This document shows positions 48,880 to 62,276 of a DNA stretch of 62,276 nt, one piece after another. The stretch is taken from the NCBI GenBank assembly GCA_002498455.1, contig DAHO01000052.1, positions 25,527 to 87,802 on the forward strand. Direction: 5' to 3'. Source of the stretch: Euryarchaeota archaeon UBA602. Lineage in GTDB: Archaea > Thermoplasmatota > Poseidoniia > Poseidoniales > Thalassarchaeaceae. Position 1 is the stretch's first letter, and every line of letters begins with the position of its first letter. The position numbers and the translations under genes were made by a program. The notes beneath the pieces are model-generated. The model searched no databases. It saw only the letters and a list, made by a program, of their open reading frames with translations, and was not told the origin of the DNA.

Positions 48880-49794
48880 ATGCAGGAGGGTGAACTGCTC
48901 ATCGCCGGTGTGGGCACACTGGGTTGTACTTGGGCAAAAGCGGCTCAAGCTCATGTTTCTGAGTGGGTAGATTTGGCACTTATTGACGCAGATAACTTCT
49001 CCATGGATGGCGTTCGACACGCCAATTGTTTGCTATTGGGTGACACTCCCTCCGAGGTAGGCTGTGCAGGCATGCCTCAATTGGCTGAGGCTCGGATGCG
49101 TTCTCTACAACCCATTGCTTCCCATTTTCTTGAGCAGGCCGAGTTGGTTCTGGTTCTGACTGGACTCGGTGGCGGCTCTGGCTCGGGTGCTGCAATTGAA
49201 TTCGCCCGACAAGCCTCCCAGTCCGGTTGCATGGTTATTGCAATCGCAGGAATGCCATTTGAGGCTCAATCTGAGCGCCAGAAAATCGCCGAAAAGGCAT
49301 TGATACGTCTGAAAGCAGTTTCCGATGTGTGTGTCGAACTCAGTCTAGATCGTATGGCGTGGCAGGCTCGAGAGAGAGGAGTGGATTGGCAGCAAGGATC
49401 TGCATGGGTCGAAGAGTTGTGTGAAGGATTAATGCGAACTTTGGCCAAGGTTGGTCTCATCAACTTAGATTTGATGGATTTACGCGCGATCGTCTCAAAA
49501 ACAGGGGCCTCTACTTTACTGGTCGCAGAGGGCCATTGTGACGAAGCCGACGAACTTTATCGACGTGCACGCTCATCTCCACTCGCGGCCCTATCTGTTG
49601 ATGGGGCAAAAGGCTGCTTGCTTCAAGTTGAGGGGGGCCCCCACATGACACTGAAACAGGTGGAGGGTGTCGCTAACGCATTCACTCAAGTTTTGTCACC
49701 GGATGCTCAAGTCATCATTGGCGCTAGGGTATCGCCGGAATTGGGTGACAGGATGCGTGTGGTGGCAGTGGTCAGTGGTTTACCGAAAGAGTAG
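48880..49794 (+). CDS. Divergent FtsZ/tubulin-family GTPase
   Basis: LTGLGGGSGSGAA signature, MPFEAQ, GLINLDLMDL, SSPL, GAKGCLLQVEGG, MRVVAVVSG. Start at MQEGELL. Confidence 0.85.
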   Translation: MQEGELLIAGVGTLGCTWAKAAQAHVSEWVDLALIDADNFSMDGVRHANCLLLGDTPSEVGCAGMPQLAEARMRSLQPIASHFLEQAELVLVLTGLGGGSGSGAAIEFARQASQSGCMVIAIAGMPFEAQSERQKIAEKALIRLKAVSDVCVELSLDRMAWQARERGVDWQQGSAWVEELCEGLMRTLAKVGLINLDLMDLRAIVSKTGASTLLVAEGHCDEADELYRRARSSPLAALSVDGAKGCLLQVEGGPHMTLKQVEGVANAFTQVLSPDAQVIIGARVSPELGDRMRVVAVVSGLPKE

Positions 49795-49796
49795 TC

Positions 49797-51122
49797 CTAT
49801 TCAACAAACCCATCGTCTTCAAGGACAGGGTCAGGAATTTCGACCAATTCAATGTCCGTGTCGAGATTTTGTTCTTCAGGTGTATCTTCGGTTCCATCGA
49901 CTTGTGATTCATCTGGCTCACCGTCTGCCTCAATCACTGAATACTCTTGACGAGCAGAATCCAACCATTGTTCTAGGCTCCCAATTCTCCAACTGTGGAT
50001 CATCAACATCGTGAATGCAGTAATCAAATGGCCAATGCCAATCGTTGTAGATACGCCCAATGTACCGATTGCACCCTCGGTCAACTTTGAACCAAGTACC
50101 GAAATCATGGCGATTGATCCCGAGTATGCCATGCCGAAGGAGAGGCCCCAAAACACTGCATTTTTTTCGTTAAACATCTTGAATCCACGCTGATGTGCCC
50201 CTTTGGCGAGACTCCAAATCGCGGCGATGACGGTAATAATCATCAATATGAATTCCTCTAGGATGAGGAACAGGCCCCAATCTTCGAACATGAATCTCCG
50301 TAAAGCACTCAACAAATGCCAAGTCACAAACAACTGCATGAACAGACCCCATGCGAATCCAAATGCAGCTGTATCCTTGCGTCTTGAATCGGCGATTCTG
50401 CCATCAGTGGTGCGCCAAAAAAGCAGAGCTTGGATTGCAACAGCAACCAACGCGAAGAGGATTGCACCTAACATGTCGATGAAACTCATCTCTTCAGTAC
50501 TGTTCGCCCCCGAGACGAGAATCCAGTAAGTGACAGCGGCGAAAACACCGATGATTGTCATGTGGATTGAAGTTGAAGTGAATCGCTTCGAATTACGCTC
50601 AATAGAGGCAATTTTTACAGCACGTCCCTGAACAAATATACGCAAACTGGTCGACAATGCTCGGCCTTGAGCAAAAGACCAAACCACAAACATCCCTGCA
50701 ATTGCAATTCCCCAATATATGGCTTGATCTTTGCCAGAGTCACTGGTGAGGTAAAGTGAAATCAACGTGAATGGGATTAATCCCAACATTAAGGGGGAAA
50801 TCCATGCGGAAACGATCCGGATGAAGTACAGAAGGATTTTCTCGAGGAATGTAGTTTTTTCCGGCAACGGTTGGAAATGACTGAATTTGTGAATGACATT
50901 CATTTCTTGCATCCAGGCGGTCAACGCATACCCGACAGAAAGCCCAATGAATCCTGCAATTCCGAGAGCAAATAAGGAATCGGAACTCGATGAAGAAATC
51001 ATGTAAAGGATAAATCCTGAAACACCAATCAAGATGACATGTGGTAGTGTAGAAGGATCGAGCAAATTTTTGACAACATCCGTGACGGTCGGAGTCTCGT
51101 CCAGCTCATCCACTTCATCCAT
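49797..51122 (-). CDS. Polytopic membrane protein of unknown function
   Basis: About 10 hydrophobic helices and acidic termini. Start at MDEVDE avoids overlap with the Pop5 gene. Confidence 0.7.
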   Translation of the reverse strand: MDEVDELDETPTVTDVVKNLLDPSTLPHVILIGVSGFILYMISSSSSDSLFALGIAGFIGLSVGYALTAWMQEMNVIHKFSHFQPLPEKTTFLEKILLYFIRIVSAWISPLMLGLIPFTLISLYLTSDSGKDQAIYWGIAIAGMFVVWSFAQGRALSTSLRIFVQGRAVKIASIERNSKRFTSTSIHMTIIGVFAAVTYWILVSGANSTEEMSFIDMLGAILFALVAVAIQALLFWRTTDGRIADSRRKDTAAFGFAWGLFMQLFVTWHLLSALRRFMFEDWGLFLILEEFILMIITVIAAIWSLAKGAHQRGFKMFNEKNAVFWGLSFGMAYSGSIAMISVLGSKLTEGAIGTLGVSTTIGIGHLITAFTMLMIHSWRIGSLEQWLDSARQEYSVIEADGEPDESQVDGTEDTPEEQNLDTDIELVEIPDPVLEDDGFVE

Positions 51123-51174
51123 CGAACACCGCGACGGTGCGAGGCCTGTTAAGTCCGACGCCTGTCGGGCTACC

Positions 51175-51459
51175 ATGGCGAAGCGATTGACGAAGGCGCT
51201 ACGCGGCAAGAGGCGCTGGATTGGCCTTCAGGTTTCAGATTGCAACTCACGAGATGAATTGGAGAAAGCGATTGAAGCCATCGCACCTTCCATTGAGTGG
51301 AAATTAACCGTCTTTGAAGGAGATAAGGCGATTCTAAACGTACGCCTTGAACATTTAGACGAGTGGAAATTGAATCTTGCTGATCCAGCGTCCAACATAT
51401 ATTCGGTTACAACTTCGGGTAAAATACGGCTGGTTAAGGAAAGAATGGGTCTTGATTAA
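51175..51459 (+). CDS. RNase P protein Pop5/Rpp14 family
   Basis: LRGKRRWIGL at the N-terminus and VTTSGKIRLVKERM at the C-terminus. Confidence 0.7.
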   Translation: MAKRLTKALRGKRRWIGLQVSDCNSRDELEKAIEAIAPSIEWKLTVFEGDKAILNVRLEHLDEWKLNLADPASNIYSVTTSGKIRLVKERMGLD

Positions 51460-51515
51460 TTTAACTATAGATTTTAAACACGTCTTTTTGCTGGATTTAA
51501 CATAGCCAAATTGAT

Positions 51516-52070
51516 GTGCCCAACCAACTTCGCCAATTCATGGGAGCCGGAGGTGATGCCCCCAGTGTTCCCATTTGGGACATGGCCGTTTTGATTGGTG
51601 CGACACTGTTCATTTCAACGGTCGTGATCTTGATTTGGACCCAACCAAATACATACAATCTCGATGGCAAAGAAGAAGTTCTTACGGTGCACACTGGGCT
51701 GTCACAAGCGGGATTGACGTTCGAATCAGCTTGCATTTCCAGTCCTGATTCAGATGCGAACACATCCTCATCGTGCCAAGATTTGTCAGTTTGGATTGTC
51801 TCACATGATGGGGCGGAAAGTTGGACTGGTGACTTGGACGATGCCGTCGAAATCGATTTGCTTGCAAACGGAGAATCTGAAAGCACTGTCAGTTTGAACG
51901 ATAAATTGGATTCGGGGGAATACCGATTGATTTTGGATGGCGAAGGTCAGTACACATTCGAAGTTACAGTTAACCGTACAATCCCGCATGAATTTGCACC
52001 TGCAATCCTCGGCTCAGTTCTTCTGATTTGGGGGATTTGGAGAAAGCAACAGGAAGAGGATGCAGCTTAA
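51516..52070 (+). CDS. Hypothetical protein with N- and C-terminal TM helices
   Basis: 184-aa ORF; start may be 51540. Confidence 0.65.
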   Translation: MPNQLRQFMGAGGDAPSVPIWDMAVLIGATLFISTVVILIWTQPNTYNLDGKEEVLTVHTGLSQAGLTFESACISSPDSDANTSSSCQDLSVWIVSHDGAESWTGDLDDAVEIDLLANGESESTVSLNDKLDSGEYRLILDGEGQYTFEVTVNRTIPHEFAPAILGSVLLIWGIWRKQQEEDAA

Positions 52071-53533
52071 TCCCATTTCCATCCCCAATCTTCGCTCATT
52101 TGGTGGACTTGATTGATGCCTAACAGACCTCCTGCAGCATCAATTCCGAATGATCTTGGACTGCCTTCAGATAATGTCAACCGCATGTTGGCAAATACAG
52201 CACTCAGAATGTCTTCCTTTTTGGGCGGCTTGATGAATGGATGAAATTCCAATATAGAGGCGACCGATGCATGCAAGACGGGAATCAATTTCTCAACATC
52301 TACTCCAAACAGAACATCCCAGCCGATTGAATCGCTGATTTCGGGGACTGAATTCCGATTCAATCCGATTCCTAAGGCAATCCGGTTTTCTTGGCCTTTG
52401 CTACGACCCTGGGCCAAAATTCCGCATAGTTTGCCGACATTTCCCGACCTTCGGATCCATATGTCGTTGGGCCATTTGACTCTGACTCCCTGCTTTTCAA
52501 GTTTTGAAGTATGGGTCCATGAGTGCGTAGGTAAACCCTGATTCATGAAGGTCGAAAGCGTATCGATTACAGCGAGAGATGCTGCATATTGAATAAACTC
52601 AGGGCCCCACTCTATAGATTTTCTATGAAGTGCCCAACTACCCATAAAATTGCGCTCGGAACCAACCCACATGCGATTTCTATATCCTCGTCCCGCGGTT
52701 TGATTGCGTGTCGAGACAAGATCGCCTTGATTGACCGTATTTTTTTCCAGAATGATTTCGTTGGTCGATTCGCACGAATCTAGGCGTACAATCTCACCCT
52801 GCTCAAACGGTCTCCAACAAGCAATCGCAGTTAGCATTTCGTCTCCAACGGCCAATTTCGAGATATTTCGTGTGGCCCACCCTGCTCTTCTCCAGGTTGT
52901 GGGGATTCGTGTCCCCACGTGATTGGAACTGTGCACGAGATAAATCACACCTCCGGGATTCAAAATATGGGGGTTTTGCGTGAGGGCATCCAATAAGGCA
53001 ATGTCACCTTGTTGATCAATCATTGCAGAATCTTCTAGCGGCCCTAATTTCTGTCCTGGTTCTGGGTCCAGGTACGGTAAATTCCAAGCAATTAAGTCCA
53101 CACTTTCCGAAGGCATCCACTGATCAATATCTCCAGGTCCTCCCTCAAAGACTGAAATTTCACAACCCAATTCGTTTGCATTTCCTTTGGTTGTGGCTAC
53201 TGCTAAGGGATTGATATCACATGCCTTAACCCTCCAACCACGAAGCGAGCAGGAGATTGAGATTGCACCACTGCCGCATCCAATTTCCAGCATCCCTTTT
53301 CCTTCCCCGGAACCGTGCTCGGCGAGTACCTGGTCGAGCAATGTCGAATCCTCTCTCGGAGGGTACACCGTAGGTGCAATCCTCAATGTAATGTCTTCAT
53401 GCCCACAGGGTTTCCAGGTAATGACGCGCCCACTACCCTTGGAATATTCAACCTCACGTTCGATCGACAACAGCCCCGCACTCCCTCGTATATTGGGGGT
53501 CGGTGGGAGTCGAAATTGAAGTATATTCTCCAA
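52067..53533 (-). CDS. Fusion: HemK/PrmC-type N5-glutamine methyltransferase and biotin protein ligase
   Basis: VYPPREDSTLL, LEIGCGSG, DINP, WNLPY; then STNE, QTAGRG, VKWPNDI, GKLCGIL, LGIGLN. Confidence 0.87.
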   Translation of the reverse strand: MENILQFRLPPTPNIRGSAGLLSIEREVEYSKGSGRVITWKPCGHEDITLRIAPTVYPPREDSTLLDQVLAEHGSGEGKGMLEIGCGSGAISISCSLRGWRVKACDINPLAVATTKGNANELGCEISVFEGGPGDIDQWMPSESVDLIAWNLPYLDPEPGQKLGPLEDSAMIDQQGDIALLDALTQNPHILNPGGVIYLVHSSNHVGTRIPTTWRRAGWATRNISKLAVGDEMLTAIACWRPFEQGEIVRLDSCESTNEIILEKNTVNQGDLVSTRNQTAGRGYRNRMWVGSERNFMGSWALHRKSIEWGPEFIQYAASLAVIDTLSTFMNQGLPTHSWTHTSKLEKQGVRVKWPNDIWIRRSGNVGKLCGILAQGRSKGQENRIALGIGLNRNSVPEISDSIGWDVLFGVDVEKLIPVLHASVASILEFHPFIKPPKKEDILSAVFANMRLTLSEGSPRSFGIDAAGGLLGINQVHQMSEDWGWKWD

Positions 53534-53673
53534 ACCTTTATCTCGAATTTAGCCTACCGAAATTTGCTAAGCGGGATTGTGATGGCTGGATGGAATGGAT
53601 TTCCGTAGGCATATTCCATGGCGTAACCCTTTTGAATACCCCCCCGGTCGGCGGGTGGCCCAGAGATAGCCAA

Positions 53674-53747
53674 GGGCTTGTAGCTTAGCTAGGTAGAGCG
53701 TCGGGCTTTTAACCCGATGGCCAGGGGTTCGAATCCCCTCAGGCCCG
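53674..53747 (+). tRNA. tRNA-Lys (anticodon TTT)
   Basis: GGGCTTG/CAGGCCC acceptor, TCGGG-CTTTTAA-CCCGA, AGGGG-TTCGAAT-CCCCT; no encoded CCA. Confidence 0.96.
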
Positions 53748-53799
53748 CTCTCTGGCTGGCTACGAGTCGGCCTGAAAGGGCAGAACGGGGGCAGAAATT

Positions 53800-54387
53800 T
53801 TGGTAGTAAAGAGTTCAACGAAGAAACGCTTGGTTGAATTGGGTGTTTCAGAGGAGCATGCACACAAATTGGCCGATGATGCAAACATGGACGCCATCAA
53901 GCAGATGAGTGTTGAAGATGTTGCAAATAAAATCGGAATCGATTCAGATAGTCCTGAGATTGAGAAAATCATGGGTATCATCCGAGAGCAAGGCACTCGC
54001 AAGCGAACTCGCTCCCGACGAATTACAATTTCACAGAAAGCTCTAGACGACGACGACATCCCTAGAGGTGCCGATCGCTTCAATGTCCTGAATCATGGCT
54101 TGGTACCCCACCATGAGTTGGTTCCCGTCGAGGATGAAGCAACGATGTTGTCGCCTTGGGGGCTTGAAGTCCCGGATATTTCTGGCGAAGGCACTCGATT
54201 GGCCAAAGAATTGCTCCCCAAGATTTTGATTACAGATCCAGCTGTCCAAGTTCTGAAGGAAATGGCGGAAACCGAGAACGATGAATTGCCTGCAGGATGG
54301 CTGACCAATCGCGTTGTAAAAGTTGAACGCTACAGTTTATCTTCGGGAACAACAACAGCTTACAGGCTGATTGTGGAGGAAAACTAA
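53800..54387 (+). CDS. rpoH: RNA polymerase subunit H (Rpo5) with N-terminal extension
   Basis: FNVLNHGLVPHHEL, LPKILITDPAV, VVKVERYS..SG...AYRLIV; directly upstream of rpoB. Confidence 0.92.
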   Translation: MVVKSSTKKRLVELGVSEEHAHKLADDANMDAIKQMSVEDVANKIGIDSDSPEIEKIMGIIREQGTRKRTRSRRITISQKALDDDDIPRGADRFNVLNHGLVPHHELVPVEDEATMLSPWGLEVPDISGEGTRLAKELLPKILITDPAVQVLKEMAETENDELPAGWLTNRVVKVERYSLSSGTTTAYRLIVEEN

Positions 54388-54396
54388 GGAGGAATT

Positions 54397-57300
54397 GTGA
54401 TGAAGGAAATTATTGAGAGTTACTTCCGAGAACGAAGTTTGGTCAATCACCAACTTGCTTCTTACAACGATTGCATACCGTCTGTCGATTCACAGAGTAG
54501 TCGCTTTGAAGAAATCGTGCGTACCATTCGAATTGGAACTGAGGACACCGTCGATGACGACGAGGGGGGTCTGATCAAACTTGACGTCTTAGACCATGAT
54601 ATTCAAGTTCGAATGAAGAACATGACTTTGGGCCCACCAACCATCCGTGAAGCAAACGGTTCTGAGCACCCTTCCTTGCCATTGGAATGCCGATTGCGCA
54701 AGTTAACCTACATGTCACCGATTTATCTTGACTTTACCATCCACAGAGATGATCTTCCTCAACCGATTGTTGAAGAAAAAGTGCAAATTGGTAGCGTCCC
54801 TATCATGGTTCGCAGCCGCCGCTGCAATCTGAACCCGGCACACATTGATGCCAATCGAAATTTGTCCCCAAATCAAAGTGAGGAAGACAAAGAACACTAC
54901 CATCGTTTGCTTGAGGGCAAAGGCGAGGACCCCCACGATCCAGGTGGTTATTTCATCATCAATGGAACCGAACGAGTCCTCATTTCGATGGAAGATTTGG
55001 CACCGAACCGTGTCACTGTTGAGATGAACAAGCGGTATGCCAGAAAAACCGAAGTTGCCAAGATTTTCTCGCAAAAGGATGGTGTTCGAAAACCACTGAC
55101 CGTTGAGAAGCGAAAGGATGGAATGCTGATGGTTAAAATCAGTAGTGCGGGAACGACTGCCATCCCTGTAGTATTGTTGATGCGTGCATTAGGCATTGAC
55201 AACGATCAGGAGATTTTCCAGGCGATTGCAGGGCCAACAGAGACATTCAAGTTCATCGTTGCCAACCTCAACGAAGTCAAAGACAATGAAGAGTATAATG
55301 TTGAGAATCAAGAAGAAGCCATGCAGTGGTTGGAGAAGAAGTTCGCCGCTGGTCAGCAGAAAGAGTATCGAGAACAGCGAATCCAGAATTTGCTTGACAA
55401 AGAACTCCTCCCACACCTTGGTAACACTGACGACAATCGAAAGAAGAAGGCCATTTTCCTAGGTAGAATCGTTCGACAAGTCCTTGAAATGGCAATCAAC
55501 AACAAGGAACCCAACGACAAGGATCACTATGCAAACAAGCGTGTCCGACTGGCTGGTGACTTGATTGAGGATTTGTTCCGCGTCTCACTGCAGCAGTTGG
55601 CTCGCGATCTCAAGTACCAACTTGAGCGTCACCACAATCGCAAGCGAGACCTCAAGATTACCTCCTGTCTACGTCCTGACGTGTTGACATCAAAGGTCAT
55701 GCACGCACTTGCAACTGGGAATTGGGTCGGTGGCAGAAGTGGGGTAAGCCAACTTCTTGACCGAACCTCCTTCCTTGCGGCTCTATCGCACATGCGCAGG
55801 GTTACCAGCCCTCTGGTCCGCAGCCAACCTCACTTCGAGGCCCGTGATTTGCACCCCACCCAATGGGGTCGTCTCTGCCCCAACGAGACACCGGAAGGAC
55901 AGAATTGTGGTCTTGTGAAGAACGCAGCACAAATGGTTGACATTTCAGAGGCAGTCAGCGAGGAAGAGGTCAAGGCTCTTCTTGCAGAAGCCGATGTAGA
56001 TCCGAACCCCGTTGGTTGGGCAGAAGGTGCCCGAGTACACGTAAATGGTGATATCTTCGGATTGCACATGAATCCTCACAAGCTGGTTGAGCACTTCAAG
56101 CGTCGCCGTCGAAGCGGTCGGATTCGTCCGGAAGTCAGTATCCGGCATGATGCGGTTAACCGTGATATTTTCATCAATACTGACAAGGGTCGAATCCTGC
56201 GTCCTCTCTTGGTATTGGATGGTGGAAGTATGGTCCTATCCAAGGAATATCTAGACGGTTTGAAAGATCGTACAATTTCTTTCAAGGACCTGGTCAATGA
56301 AGGTGTTGTCGAATGGGTCGATGCTGAGGAGGAGGAAGATCTCTTGGTAGCTCCTCGTCCTTTCGACCTACCACACATCAGTCCGAAGCACGGCCGTCCA
56401 ATCAATCCAGCCAAGGTTCAATGGTTGAATATGGGTGAAGAAGGTATTTCGAAAGCCAAACTAAGCGCGGAAGTGATTATGCCCAACGGTGAAATTGTCG
56501 AAGAGAAATTCAGCGTTCCGTTGAACTATTATCAGGAAGATTTGGATAAGCTACGTCGAAAGGAAAAGAAGACGGGCGATGTCCTCATTTTCACACACGT
56601 AGAAATTGACCCACAGTTGATTCTCGGTGTCTGCGCTTCACTGGTGCCGTATCCAGAGCACAACTCAACTCCACGTGTTACAGGTGGTACCGCGATGGTC
56701 AAGCAATCTTTGGGACTGCCATCTGCAAATGGTCGTCTACGACCTGATACACGTCAACATATTCTGCATTACACCCAGAACTCCATGACGGGCACTCGCG
56801 CGATGGATGCAACCAATTTCATTCGTCGGCCAGCGGGTCAAAACTTCGTTGTCGCGATTCTGAGTCACCACGGTTACAACATGCAGGATGCAGTCATCAT
56901 GAACCGTGGCAGTGTCGAAAGAGCATTGGGTCGCTCAACATTCATTCGTACATACAATGCAGAAAGAAAGCGGTTCCCCGGCGGTCAAGTCGATGAAATC
57001 GAAATTCCTGGCTCAGGACTTGATGAAGTCAAGGGTCTGAAATCTCCCGAGGCTTACGCTCATCTGGAGAGTGATGGTTTGCCCACACCTGAAACCGAAA
57101 TCAGTAGCAAGCCCGAAGACCGTGATCGCGTTCCACAGGTATTGGTTGGCAAAACCAGCCCTCCACGGTTCTTGGAAGAATCACATGGTGCATTCTTACA
57201 GGCCCAAGAACGCCGAGAATCGAGTATGAATGTTCGGCATGGCGAAGGTGGATTCGTCGACAACGTGTTTGTTACAGAATCACTGGACTCAGGTCGTCTT

Positions 57301-58073
57301 GTCAGAATCACCTTGCGAACCAATCGAATCCCAGAATTGGGTGATAAATTTGCCAGTCGTCACGGACAGAAGGGTGTGATTGGGCGCTTGGTCGATCCTG
57401 AAGACATGCCATTTACTGTTGATGGAGTAATCCCCGATCTCCTCATCAACCCCCATGCGATTCCATCTAGAATGACTGTGGCCCACATCCTTGAGATGAT
57501 TGGCGGCAAAGTCGGCGCAATGGAAGGTCGTCTCATTGACGGTACTGCTTTCAGTGGAGAAAAGGAAGACAGCCTCCGAGAGGGTCTACTCCGCCATGGA
57601 TTTGCACACACGGGTCGCGAATCGATGGTCAACGGAGAAACGGGTGAAGAATTCGCCGCCAAGATTTTCGTAGGTGTGATTTACTACCAGAAGTTGCATC
57701 ACATGGTCAGTGGGAAGATTCACGCTCGAAGTCGAGGACGTGTGCAGATTTTGACTCGGCAACCAACTGAAGGCCGTGCACGCCAAGGTGGTCTTCGATT
57801 CGGCGAAATGGAGCGTGACTGTCTGATTGCCCACGGTGCATCCATGGTCATCAAAGATCGACTGCTTGACGAGTCTGACGGATGGGAATTGTTTGTCTGT
57901 GCTGAAAGTGGCCATATTGCTTACTGGGACTGGCGGAAGCGATGTTATGTCAGTCCGGTACACGGTGACAAGGCAGAGGTTTTCCCTGTATCCACTTCGT
58001 ATGCATTCAAACTGCTCTTGGATGAAATGAAATCACTTGGAGTGGCCATGAGACTTGAACTGGAGGACCGAAA

Positions 58074-58077
<4 letters not shown>
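54397..58077 (+). CDS. rpoB: RNA polymerase subunit B (Rpo2, unsplit)
   Basis: DPGGYFIINGTERV, RLCPNETPEGQNCGLVKN, GDKFASRHGQKG, QPTEGRARQGGLRFGEMERD. Confidence 0.98.

Positions 58078-62276
<4,199 letters not shown>

Overview
Archaeal genomic window, most likely from Marine Group II Euryarchaeota (Ca. Poseidoniales, Thermoplasmatota). This placement is inferred from the rpoH-rpoB(fused)-rpoA'-rpoA'' operon, Pop5, giant Asp-rich surface proteins and many bacterial-type metabolic genes. The left part holds a branched-chain 2-oxoacid dehydrogenase operon with lipA, tRNA-Leu, a 998-aa and a 3003-aa surface protein, an XPD/DinG helicase and an unexplained GC-rich multi-hairpin element. The middle holds a beta-propeller/TSP3 surface protein, a crtI/crtB/crtY/blh retinal cluster, divergent type II glutamine synthetase and gdhA, propionyl/methylmalonyl-CoA genes and an asnB-gshA pair. 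The right part holds a Rieske/cytochrome b operon, a divergent FtsZ, a HemK-BirA fusion, tRNA-Lys and the RNA polymerase operon. The best candidate for an undescribed system is the operon at 41578-48364. It encodes a b6-type Rieske/cytochrome b complex with the heme ci Cys, whose subunit IV is fused through an extracellular domain to a cytoplasmic heterodisulfide-reductase-like (2x[4Fe-4S] + 2xCCG) module. It also has a ferredoxin and a CxCH surface protein where cytochrome c1/f would be expected. A second notable signal is a near-identical N-terminal domain shared by RpoH and RpoA''. All family assignments come from motif recognition by eye; no searches were run.
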